From Candidatus Pampinifervens sinense (lineage in GTDB: Bacteria; Aquificota; Aquificia; Aquificales; Aquificaceae), in contig JAXSPP010000001.1 in the NCBI GenBank assembly GCA_037927135.1, forward strand, positions 256,001 through 320,000: DNA of 64,000 bases, written 5' to 3'. Position numbers and translations under genes: made by a program. Below the pieces are notes generated by a model that saw only the letters and a program-made list of their open reading frames with translations, had not been told where the DNA came from and ran no database searches. Positions 19,787 to 28,662 of the stretch are shown here, piece by piece. Positions within the stretch are counted from its first letter, which is position 1, and each line of letters opens with the position of its first letter.

Positions 19787-20665
19787 ATGCAGGAAGTTAA
19801 AAAGAGACCCAAGATAAGCCTTATAGTGGAAAGCCTAAGCCAGCTGGAAAAGGCCTATGTGGATCTAAAGAAAAACTTAAGCCTTGGAAAGGAGGAGTTC
19901 ATATCCAACAGGCTAATTCAGGACAAGGTAAGGGTGGATTTTAACCTTGCCTTTGAGAGCTGTATGAGGGTATGCAGGCACCTTTCGGCTGTATACAATG
20001 TGAAGACCACATCAAAGGACTGTCTTCAGAAGATAGGCGAGCTTGTGGGCATAAAAGAGATAGAGGCCCTTGGAGAGCTTACAAGCTTTTATATAAAGCA
20101 TAGGGATCTGAGGGAGAGCCTTCCGGCGGAAGAGCTATATGAATTTTTGAGCAAAAACCTATACCTTTTCAAAGAGTATGCAAGGGCAGTGGTAGAGTTT
20201 GTAAAGAAGGAAACCAACAACCCACTCCTTATAGACTTTGACCTTCTTAACGAAAAGGCTGGAAGGATAAAGGAGTCTCTAAAGAAGATAAACTTTGTGT
20301 TATCTCAGGGAGAGGAGGAGTTTTGCAAAACCCCCATGTATTACGACAGGGTAAAGTATTTTTATCAGGTGGCCTATGATAGCCTTTTTGATATATGCAA
20401 GCACCTGGCGCCCAAGTTTGGCATAAAGAAGTTTGGAGATGATTGTCTTTCAAAGATGGTGGAGGTGGGTGTCATCCCCCAAGAGTACTATATGGATGTT
20501 TTTAAGATGACCAACTTGAAGAACAAGCTTATAAGCACTTGGGAGGTGGAGCCAAGGGAGCTATACAGAAGCCTCTTGGAGCTAAAGGATAAGATAGAGC
20601 CTGTGATGAAGGAGATAGCCAACAGTTTAAGAAGGCTTTTGAAGGAAAAGGCCGGTCAAGGATAA
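19787..20665 (+). CDS. Tandem DUF86/HepT-like HEPN-domain protein with degenerate RxxxxH motifs
   Basis: Two internally similar halves (FESCMRVCRHL / YDSLFDICKHL; KDCLQKI / DDCLSKM; EELYEFL / RELYRSL). Confidence 0.72.
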   Translation: MQEVKKRPKISLIVESLSQLEKAYVDLKKNLSLGKEEFISNRLIQDKVRVDFNLAFESCMRVCRHLSAVYNVKTTSKDCLQKIGELVGIKEIEALGELTSFYIKHRDLRESLPAEELYEFLSKNLYLFKEYARAVVEFVKKETNNPLLIDFDLLNEKAGRIKESLKKINFVLSQGEEEFCKTPMYYDRVKYFYQVAYDSLFDICKHLAPKFGIKKFGDDCLSKMVEVGVIPQEYYMDVFKMTNLKNKLISTWEVEPRELYRSLLELKDKIEPVMKEIANSLRRLLKEKAGQG

Positions 20666-21768
20666 ATGGCCACTGGCCTGTAAAAGGTGTCCCTCTCTAC
20701 CGGTATTTTGCCAGCGTCCCTTATAAGCTTTATAAGCCTCTCCTTTGTGTGGCCCAAGGCGGACTTTGCCCCCGCCGAATGGACTATCCTTTCCTCTTGG
20801 ATGGTTCCATCAAGGTCATCAGCACCCATGTTTAAGGCCACCTGCGCCACCCTTTCACCCAAGGTGACCCAATAGGCCTTTATGTGTTCAAAGTTATCAA
20901 GGAAGATCCTTGATATGGCTATGGTTTTGAGGTCATCCACAGAAGAGGTCCTCTTGCCACCAATCCTTGTGCCCTCAGGCCAGTAGGCCAAGGGTATAAA
21001 AACCTGAAAGCCCCCCGTCTCATCCTGCAGATCCCTTAGCCTTTCCATGTGTTCTACCCTCTCTTCGTAGGTCTCCAAGTGTCCATAAAGCATGGTAGCA
21101 TTGGTAGGAATGCCAAGCCTGTGGGCCGTTCTGTGCACCTCAAGGTATTCTTCTGCGTTGGCCTTGTAAGGTGCGATTATCTTCCTTACCCTCTCGGAGA
21201 AGATTTCCGCCCCACCACCAGGTATGGCATCAAGGCCAACGGCCTTTAGGTCCAGCAATACTTCTTCGTAGCTTTTACCAGATATCTTGCTCATATGGTG
21301 TATCTCTATGGCCGTCCAGGCCTTTACAACCATGTCTGGAAAGGCACTCTTTATTTCCCTTACCAAGTTTATATAATCCTCATACCTCCAATGGGGTGGT
21401 ATACCACCCACTATATGCACCTCCCTACCACCCATCTTATAAGTCTCTTCCACCTTTTTGAGCACTTCATCTAGGCTCATCTCATAGGCCCTTGGGTCCG
21501 ACTTTAGCACGCCAAAGCTGCAGAAGTTGCACTGGTATATGCATATGTTGGTGGGGTTTATCTGCCTGTTTACGATAAAGTAGGCAAACATGCCGTTCTT
21601 CTTCCTGTTTATGTATTCCGCTAGGGCTCCCACATAGGTAAGGTCCGCCTCGTAGAACAGCTTTACAGCCTCCTTGAAGCTTATTCTCCTTCCTTCTATT
21701 ACCTTCTCACCTATCTCCCTTAAACTCCTATCCCTTACCCTTTCCACAAGCTTCTCTACCTGAAGCAT
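20656..21768 (-). CDS. mqnE: Aminofutalosine synthase (radical SAM, CofH/MqnE family)
   Basis: NPTNICIYQCNFC, PGGGAEIF, NATMLYGH, HIKAYWV motifs. Confidence 0.85.
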   Translation of the reverse strand: MLQVEKLVERVRDRSLREIGEKVIEGRRISFKEAVKLFYEADLTYVGALAEYINRKKNGMFAYFIVNRQINPTNICIYQCNFCSFGVLKSDPRAYEMSLDEVLKKVEETYKMGGREVHIVGGIPPHWRYEDYINLVREIKSAFPDMVVKAWTAIEIHHMSKISGKSYEEVLLDLKAVGLDAIPGGGAEIFSERVRKIIAPYKANAEEYLEVHRTAHRLGIPTNATMLYGHLETYEERVEHMERLRDLQDETGGFQVFIPLAYWPEGTRIGGKRTSSVDDLKTIAISRIFLDNFEHIKAYWVTLGERVAQVALNMGADDLDGTIQEERIVHSAGAKSALGHTKERLIKLIRDAGKIPVERDTFYRPVAIYP

Positions 21769-21777
21769 GTTTATATT

Positions 21778-23523
21778 TTATACCCTACTTAGCATCATCT
21801 TCCTTTTGTGCATTACAAACTCCCTCACACCCTTCACATCCCTTGTGTTTAGCACAAGCTCTGGCACAGCCCAGCCCCTTCTGGCAAGGCCCACGCCAAG
21901 CTCCATATAAGACAGATGCTTGGTAGAGTGGGCATCGGTAACAATGGCTATCATCACCCCCACTTCCATACACCTCCTTATGTTCTCTGGAGAGAGGTCC
22001 GCTCTGTAAGTGTTTAGCTCCAAGGCCGTGTTCGTTTCCTTTGCCATCTGTATTATCCTCTCCATATCCAAAGGATAGCCCTGCCTTGTGCCGTAGGCCT
22101 TTCCCGTAGGATGTCCTATGAGGTTTACAAAGGGGTTTTCCATGGCCTTTAGTATTCTGTAGGTGTTGTCCTGGTTAAACCTTGAGTGGATGGATGCTAC
22201 CACAAAGTCAAACTCCTCAAGCAGGCTGTCTGGCAAATCAAGGCTTCCGTCGGGCAGTATATCCACCTCACAACCCCTTAGTATATAAAAGCCCTTTGAA
22301 TTGTAGTATTGATTTAGCCTTTCAATAAGCTTAAACTGTTCTTTGTACCTTGCTGGGTCAAGGCCGTTGGCCACCCTAGCAGACTGGGAGTGGTCTCCTA
22401 TGACCATGTACTCATAGCCCAGCTGGTAGCAGGCCTCAGCCATCTCCTCCAAGGTGTTTAGGCCATCGCTCCAGTTGGAATGCATATGAAAGTCTCCCTT
22501 TATGTCCTTTAGCTCCACAAGCCTTGGCAGGGCCCTTTGCATGGCAAGCTCTATCTCCCCCGTGTTCTCCCTCAATTCTGGCGGTATCCACTCCATACCA
22601 AGAAGCTCATATATCTCCTCTTCCGTTGACCCCCCTATGCGCTCTTCCGTGTCCGCCTTAAAAAGACCATATTCACTCAGCTTTAGGCCCATGGCCTTGG
22701 CAATATCCCTTAGCCTCACGTTATGTTCCTTTGACCCTGTAAAGTATTGGAGTGCAGCCCCCCACTGGTGAGGTTCTACCGTCCTTAAATCCACCTGCCT
22801 TCCCTCTTGCAAGACCACGCTTGACTTGGTCTCACCGCTTAATAAAACCTCCTTGACGCCAGCATAAGTTATAAAGTGTTGGTGTAGCTTGGGCCAGTTT
22901 TCTCTCTTTGCTGAGATAAGTATGTCTATGTCTCCTATGGTTTCCTTCCTCCTCCTTAGGCTTCCGGCCAGCTCTATGTTCTCATAAAGGCCCTTTAGGG
23001 CCTCAAAGTGTTTGAGGATGGACCTTCCTATCTCATAAGCCTCCAAAAGGGTCATCCTTTCCTTGCTCTTCTCCCAAAGCTCAAGGCCTCTTAGGATGTT
23101 CTGAATCTTCTTCTCTCCCATTCCAGGCAAAAAGGCAAGCTTACCGCTCTTTACGGCATTTATAAAGTCCTCCTTTGTCCTCACCTTTAGCCTGTCATAA
23201 GCAAGCTTTAGGGTCTTTACGCCTATGCCTGGCACTTCAAGGAGTTCTAAGAGGTCCTCTGGCACCTTTTGTTTTAGCTCCTCATAGGCGCTCACCTTTC
23301 CGGTCCTTAGGTATTCCAATATCTTCTCTATGCTGGATTGGCCTATGCCATGTATATGGTATATCTTTCCTGTGCGCACAAGCTCTTCCACATCCTCTCC
23401 CAATTCTGATAATACTTCGGCCACCCTCCTGTAGGTGTTTATGCGGTAGGGGTTGTCGCCGAGGAACTCAAGCATATCTGCCATCCTCTCAAAGATACGG
23501 GCAAGCTCCTTGTTCTTCTCCAT
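21778..23523 (-). CDS. polX: DNA polymerase X with PHP domain
   Basis: GSLRR, GDIDI, VDLR, YFTGSKEHN; PHP motifs HMHSNWSDG, DHS and TDAH. Confidence 0.95.
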   Translation of the reverse strand: MEKNKELARIFERMADMLEFLGDNPYRINTYRRVAEVLSELGEDVEELVRTGKIYHIHGIGQSSIEKILEYLRTGKVSAYEELKQKVPEDLLELLEVPGIGVKTLKLAYDRLKVRTKEDFINAVKSGKLAFLPGMGEKKIQNILRGLELWEKSKERMTLLEAYEIGRSILKHFEALKGLYENIELAGSLRRRKETIGDIDILISAKRENWPKLHQHFITYAGVKEVLLSGETKSSVVLQEGRQVDLRTVEPHQWGAALQYFTGSKEHNVRLRDIAKAMGLKLSEYGLFKADTEERIGGSTEEEIYELLGMEWIPPELRENTGEIELAMQRALPRLVELKDIKGDFHMHSNWSDGLNTLEEMAEACYQLGYEYMVIGDHSQSARVANGLDPARYKEQFKLIERLNQYYNSKGFYILRGCEVDILPDGSLDLPDSLLEEFDFVVASIHSRFNQDNTYRILKAMENPFVNLIGHPTGKAYGTRQGYPLDMERIIQMAKETNTALELNTYRADLSPENIRRCMEVGVMIAIVTDAHSTKHLSYMELGVGLARRGWAVPELVLNTRDVKGVREFVMHKRKMMLSRV

Positions 23524-23539
23524 AGAGTAAAATTTAGGT

Positions 23540-24361
23540 ATGGACCTTCTTTCTTACAGCCTATTTTTGGAAGGCTTCCTCTCTGCCTTTTTTATAGCCC
23601 TTTCCACAGCCCTCATTGGCCTTTTCCTTCTTATAAAAAGGCTTGCCATGCTTGGTGCAGGACTCTCTCACGCCGCCTTTGGTGGCATAGCTCTTGCCTT
23701 AGTTTTAAACATAGACCCAATGATATTTACCCTCTTTTACACAGTAGTGCTTGGCCTTTTAGTTCAGTTTTTGGTAGATAAAAAGTCCTTGCCTGCGGAC
23801 ACGGTTGTGGCCCTCTTTTTCTCCTTGGGTGTGGCCCTTGCCATAATCATACTAGGCATAACAGACAACCTTGGCACCAACGTCTTTTCTTACCTCTTTG
23901 GAAGCATGCTAACTGCTTCAAAGACAGACCTTATAATATCCTTTACCATCTTCCTTATAACCCTCTCCTTTATCCTTTTAAACTACAGGGGCCTTCTCTT
24001 TGTGTGTTTTAACGAAGAACTGGGTAAGCTAAGGGGCATAAGGGTAAAGGCTTTAAACTATGCCCTAATTGCCTTAGCTTCTGCCAACATAGTCCTCTCC
24101 ATAAAGGCTGTAGGCCTTGTGCTTTCGGCCAGCTTTATATCCATCCCAGCCATGACCTCCCTTATGGTCTCTAGCTCCTTCCTTCAAAGCCTTCTGTTTT
24201 CTGCTGGCTTTTCCTTTATTTCTCTCTTCTTTGGCATAGCCCTTTCCCTCCTTTTTGACCTTCCTCCCAGCGGTGCGGTGGTGGTCTGCATGGTTATAAT
24301 CTTCCTTACAACAGCCTTCAGTAAGATGGTGTTTAAAGGGCTTCAGAGGCTTTTAAGCTAA
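23540..24361 (+). CDS. Zn/Mn ABC transporter permease (ZnuB-like)
   Basis: GLSHAAFGG, SYLFGS, PSGAVVV motifs; multiple TM segments. Confidence 0.9.
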   Translation: MDLLSYSLFLEGFLSAFFIALSTALIGLFLLIKRLAMLGAGLSHAAFGGIALALVLNIDPMIFTLFYTVVLGLLVQFLVDKKSLPADTVVALFFSLGVALAIIILGITDNLGTNVFSYLFGSMLTASKTDLIISFTIFLITLSFILLNYRGLLFVCFNEELGKLRGIRVKALNYALIALASANIVLSIKAVGLVLSASFISIPAMTSLMVSSSFLQSLLFSAGFSFISLFFGIALSLLFDLPPSGAVVVCMVIIFLTTAFSKMVFKGLQRLLS

Positions 24362-25241
24362 GCTTTTCCTTGAGCCTACATATGGAGCAAACCTCAGCGC
24401 TTGTAGGCTCACCGCATATCTTACAGGGTCTTAGCTGGGCCTTCCTTGATTGAAGTAGTGGATGTATCTTCCTCAAAAAGTCCATGTAGAACCTTAGCTT
24501 TGTGCCCGGGCTTTTCTCCTCTATCTCAGATAGTATCTTCTTGTACTCAATGGAGCTGGCACCTTCGGAAAAAGGACATTCCTCTTCCACAAACTCAATA
24601 CCGGACAGAAAGGCATAAAGGGCATTCTCCTTCTCTGTAAACTTAAACAGGGGCTTTACCTTACGCACAAAGCCTTCCTCCTCCCAAAGGACGGGGAACT
24701 GCCTTGAGAGGTAGTCCATATTCCAACTTAGCACGTTGGAAAGGAGAGTGGCGCTCTCATCGTCCAGGTTGTGCCCTGTGGCCACCACCCTATAGCCCTC
24801 CCTTTTGGCCACATGGTTCATATAATACCTCTTTATCTGACCACAGAAAGAACAAGCTGGCCTGCTTTCCCTCTCCTTTATCTCCGGTATGGTAGCTATC
24901 TCCTTGCCTAGCTCAACCACATGAAGCTTTAAGGACCTCTCTTTGGCAAACCTTTCACACACCTCCCTTGAACGCCTTGAATAGTCCCCTATACCAAGGT
25001 CTATATAAAGGCCATCGGCCTCGTAGCCAAGCCTGCACAAGGCATCCCACAGGGAAAGGCTGTCCTTTCCACCAGAGACGGCCACAAGCACCCTCTCCCC
25101 CTTCCTTATCATCCTAAACTCCCTTATGGTCTCCTTTACCCTCTTTAAATACCACTCAAGGTAATGCTCCTTGCAAAAAGCTATCCTGTATTGCCTCAGG
25201 TATACTACCGCCTTCTGGCCACACTTATAGCACCTTCTCAT
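24333..25241 (-). CDS. ttuA: tRNA 2-thiolation protein TtuA (TIGR00269)
   Basis: N- and C-terminal Zn-finger cysteines, SGGKDS PP-loop, CSFC, TGHNLDDE; ATG 25241. Confidence 0.85.
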   Translation of the reverse strand: MRRCYKCGQKAVVYLRQYRIAFCKEHYLEWYLKRVKETIREFRMIRKGERVLVAVSGGKDSLSLWDALCRLGYEADGLYIDLGIGDYSRRSREVCERFAKERSLKLHVVELGKEIATIPEIKERESRPACSFCGQIKRYYMNHVAKREGYRVVATGHNLDDESATLLSNVLSWNMDYLSRQFPVLWEEEGFVRKVKPLFKFTEKENALYAFLSGIEFVEEECPFSEGASSIEYKKILSEIEEKSPGTKLRFYMDFLRKIHPLLQSRKAQLRPCKICGEPTSAEVCSICRLKEKLSLKASEAL

Positions 25242-25257
25242 AGATATTAAAGATACT

Positions 25258-25983
25258 TCAGAGGCCAAAGATCACCTGCTTTCCACCTTGCACCTTCAAG
25301 GGTGTGGTATGCCTCAAAAGGTTTATGGAAAACTCCAGATTATCATAAAGGGTTATAGAATAGTTGTCCCAGAAGACGCAAGTGCCAGCCAGGCAGAAGT
25401 AGCCTCCGCTTGTGGGTGCCAGCTGTTCCGCTATCAAAAGGGTGTAGTTGCCCATGTTGGACTGGGCTGTGTCTTCAGCCCTTACCACCACCTTTATATC
25501 GGGCATGAGGGGCTTTATGGAGGCACTGCATGCAAGCATTATACGGTTTACATTCACCTCATTCTTCTCATTCTTGTTATACCTTCTTATCTTTGAAGTG
25601 ACCACAAAGTACTTGTCCCCTTGGTGGTTGTTTACCTCATCGGTCACCTCGTCGGGGTTTAGCTCCATGCCAAACCTTCTTGCAAGGCTGTTGCATGTGT
25701 CCGCTATGTGATCCTCATTCTTATAGTATCCCAAAAGGATCACCTTTTTGCCTTCTTCCCAAACCCACTTTTCTACTTCCTCCGCCTCCTTTTCACTAAA
25801 AGGCACCTCTGGATAGTTAAAGACTATAGTGTCATACTCTGGAAGCTTTTCCCACTTGTCCACCTCATGTATTATGAGGCCTCTCTTTTCTGCCTCCCTT
25901 TGGAGGATGGAAAAGTAGTAGTAGTCCGTTATGGTAAACTCTTGGTGTGTTATGCTCCAAGCCACTCTTGTTTGTCTGAGCAT
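25258..25983 (-). CDS. Hypothetical protein, GATase1-like/GIFT (GldG/IFT52)-like fold
   Basis: H.E near the N-terminus and an N.L...FG..LN.D.V.D pattern; no signal peptide. Confidence 0.5.
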   Translation of the reverse strand: MLRQTRVAWSITHQEFTITDYYYFSILQREAEKRGLIIHEVDKWEKLPEYDTIVFNYPEVPFSEKEAEEVEKWVWEEGKKVILLGYYKNEDHIADTCNSLARRFGMELNPDEVTDEVNNHQGDKYFVVTSKIRRYNKNEKNEVNVNRIMLACSASIKPLMPDIKVVVRAEDTAQSNMGNYTLLIAEQLAPTSGGYFCLAGTCVFWDNYSITLYDNLEFSINLLRHTTPLKVQGGKQVIFGL

Positions 25984-25990
25984 AGCTTAA

Positions 25991-27961
25991 TTATACCACA
26001 GGCTTTAAAAAGGCTGTGTGTATGCTCTTTTTGCCCGATGGGAACTCCACAAGAGCCTTTGAATCCTCAAGGCTTAGAATGAGGCCCTCTCCAAAGACCT
26101 CATGCCACACCCTATCACCCACCTTGAACCTATGAAGGCTTTTTAGCTCTGGCATGTAGGTGGTCTTCTTCTTTACAAAGGCCGAAAGGTCAAGGAGGTT
26201 TTTGGGTATGTAAGATAGGAACCTGCTGGGCTTTGAATCCCTTGTGTAGCTCATAAAGAGTAGGTCCTTTGCCCTCGTTATGGCCACATAGAAAAGCCTT
26301 AGCTCCTCCTCAAGCTCCTCCTCGCTCTCCAAGGCCTTCTCATGGGGCAGTATGCCCTCTTCTAGCCTTGGAAGGAAGACCACATCAAACTCCAAGCCCT
26401 TGCTGGCATGTATGGTCATTATCCTCACCGCTCCCTCTTCCTCCTCCTGCTCCAAAAGAAAGTCTATCTCTTTGAAGACCTCCTCCAAGCTATAGCCCTC
26501 CTCTCTTTTCTGCCTTAAATACCTTATTAGCTCCCTCACATTCTCCTTTCTTTCCTCGCTGTCCTTGTATTCCTCCTCCAGGTAGGACCAAAAGCCTACC
26601 CTTTCAAGGAACTCTTCAAAGGATTTTGCATAGTCCTCAAGGCCCTTCTTCAAAAGGGATAGGTTTTTCAAAAGGCCATAGAGCTCTATGGCCTTACTTT
26701 GAGGAAGTTCTTTTAAGGCAAGCCTTGAGCCCTCCAAACAGTTGCCCTTGCCAAGCTCCACTATAAGCTCTAAGCTCTTTTCCCCTATACCCCTTGTGGC
26801 CACCCTTACAGCCCTCTCAAAGCTAAACCTATCGTAAGGGTTTACAAGAAGCTTTAAAAAACTCAAGGCATCCTTTATCTCAGCCCTTTCAAAGAACCTT
26901 ATGGCACCCACCACCTTATAGGGTATCTTAAAGCTATAAAGGGCCCTCTCAATAGCCTCCGTAATGTAGCCCACCCTAACAAGGATGGCTATCTGGGAGT
27001 GTTTGTAGTGGTTTAAAAGCTCTTTTACCTTTGAGGCTATCCATAGGGCTTCTTCTTCTGGTTTTTCAAACCTTCTTACCACAGGCCTCTCTTCCCCCTG
27101 CCTTATGGGCCTAAGGGTTGGCACAAGATCCTTCCATTGGGCCTTGGAAGCCTGAAGTATGGAATTGGCCACATACAGTATGTAGGGCTTTGAACGGTAG
27201 TTATACTCCAGCTTTATCACATCTGGGTTAAAGTCCTCCATAAAGCGCAGAATGTTGTCCGGCCTTGCATACCTCCACTCATAGATACACTGGTTTGGGT
27301 CCCCTATCACGCATACATTCTTGTCCGCAATGAGCCTTAGGACCTCATACTGCACCGTGTTCGTATCCTGAAATTCATCCACTAAAACAAAGTCAAAGTC
27401 TTCCCTTATGCTCGGCCTTAACTTCAAGAGTTTTAGAAGGTAGAGCATGATAAGGCTAAAATCAAGAAGGTTCATCTCCTTTGCAATGGTCAAATACTCT
27501 TTGAAGGCCATCTCAAGCCTCTCACTTCCCCCCGGCTCCTTTAGGTCCTCTATCCTGCGCAAAATGTAGGCCTTTAGGTCCTCCGGGTTTAGGTTTTTTA
27601 GCTGGGCTATCTTTTTGATAAGCTTGTTCCTGTCCTCTTCTGAGAGTAAAGTAAAGTCAGGCCTTAGCCCTATTTCCCTTCCCCTCTCCTTCAAAAGCCT
27701 TAGAGCTACAGAGTGAAAGGTGCCAGCCCAAGGAAGCTCCACTCCAGTCACCTTTTTCACCCTTTCCCTTATCTCCCTGCTTGCTTTGTTGGTAAAGGTG
27801 ATGGCCAAGATCCTTGAAGGGTCTATGGCCTTTTCCCTTATGAGAAACTCCACCTTGTGGGCCAAGGTCTTGGTCTTTCCAGAGCCAGCACCCGCTATAA
27901 CAAGAAGGGGCCTTCCAAAGTGTCTTACCGCCTCCTCCTGAGATGGGTTTAGCCTCTCCAT
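25991..27961 (-). CDS. uvrD: UvrD/PcrA/Rep superfamily 1 DNA helicase
   Basis: LNPSQ, AGAGSGKT, VDEFQDTN, GDPNQCIY, NYRS, TIHASKGLEF, YVAITRA motifs. Confidence 0.94.
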   Translation of the reverse strand: MERLNPSQEEAVRHFGRPLLVIAGAGSGKTKTLAHKVEFLIREKAIDPSRILAITFTNKASREIRERVKKVTGVELPWAGTFHSVALRLLKERGREIGLRPDFTLLSEEDRNKLIKKIAQLKNLNPEDLKAYILRRIEDLKEPGGSERLEMAFKEYLTIAKEMNLLDFSLIMLYLLKLLKLRPSIREDFDFVLVDEFQDTNTVQYEVLRLIADKNVCVIGDPNQCIYEWRYARPDNILRFMEDFNPDVIKLEYNYRSKPYILYVANSILQASKAQWKDLVPTLRPIRQGEERPVVRRFEKPEEEALWIASKVKELLNHYKHSQIAILVRVGYITEAIERALYSFKIPYKVVGAIRFFERAEIKDALSFLKLLVNPYDRFSFERAVRVATRGIGEKSLELIVELGKGNCLEGSRLALKELPQSKAIELYGLLKNLSLLKKGLEDYAKSFEEFLERVGFWSYLEEEYKDSEERKENVRELIRYLRQKREEGYSLEEVFKEIDFLLEQEEEEGAVRIMTIHASKGLEFDVVFLPRLEEGILPHEKALESEEELEEELRLFYVAITRAKDLLFMSYTRDSKPSRFLSYIPKNLLDLSAFVKKKTTYMPELKSLHRFKVGDRVWHEVFGEGLILSLEDSKALVEFPSGKKSIHTAFLKPVV

Positions 27962-28026
27962 GGAAGGTTTAAAAATATGCTACCACAAGTTTATGTAAGC
28001 AAGCATAAACTGATATAATATTCACC

Positions 28027-28581
28027 ATGCGACGCAAAGGAACAAAGGAGAAGATATTAGAGGCTTCCCTTAGGCTCTTTTCTGAAAAGGGAATAAGGGA
28101 GACCACCATTAAAGACATAGCCAAGGAGGTGGGCATAACAGAGGGAGCCATATACAGGCATTTCAAAAGCAAAGAGGAGATAGTGCTGGGGCTTTTTGGG
28201 TCCTACTCTGAAGAGCTTTATAATAGGCTAATCTCTGTAGTCAAGGAGGAAGCACCTTATAAGGAACGCTTTTACAAAGCTGTAGAGACCTTTCTCTCCT
28301 TTGCCTTTGAAAACCCTTCCGCCTTTAGATATCTAAACATCTTCCACTACCTTAGGGCTGAGGATATAAAAGGCTTTGAAAGGCTTCCAAAGGATGCCCT
28401 GCTTGAACTCATTGAAAGGGGCATAGAGGAAGGCCTCATAAAAATAAGAAAAGAGTATGCCCTTGCGGTCTTTGTGGGAACCTTAGAAAGGATCTTCCTT
28501 TTGGTGGAGGCGGGAGTATTAGGAAGAGAAGAAGTAAAAGGAGAGGAGATAGCCAACATAATATGGAAGGCCTTAGTATGA
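28027..28581 (+). CDS. TetR/AcrR transcriptional regulator
   Basis: TTIKDIAKEVGITEGAIYRHFKSKEEI helix-turn-helix. Confidence 0.95.
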   Translation: MRRKGTKEKILEASLRLFSEKGIRETTIKDIAKEVGITEGAIYRHFKSKEEIVLGLFGSYSEELYNRLISVVKEEAPYKERFYKAVETFLSFAFENPSAFRYLNIFHYLRAEDIKGFERLPKDALLELIERGIEEGLIKIRKEYALAVFVGTLERIFLLVEAGVLGREEVKGEEIANIIWKALV

Positions 28582-28582
28582 G

Positions 28583-28662
28583 GACCCCGCACCCGAGACG
28601 GCGGGCCTACCGTTGCTCCCTTTCGGGCCTGGCGGGGTTCAACCCTGTCCCGTTGCGGGGCT
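28583..28662 (-). ncRNA. ffs: Bacterial small SRP RNA (4.5S)
   Basis: Minus strand AGCCCCGCA...CCAGGCCCGAAAGGGAGCAACGG...TGCGGGGTC: GC-rich long hairpin with a GNRA helix-8 loop and CAGG/AGCA internal loop; TATAAT just upstream. Ends are approximate. Confidence 0.92.

Noticed and set aside
18883-20665. tRNA-Leu as an integration site for a HEPN toxin island
   Set aside because: No integrase, no duplicated tRNA 3' end seen and no compositional shift.
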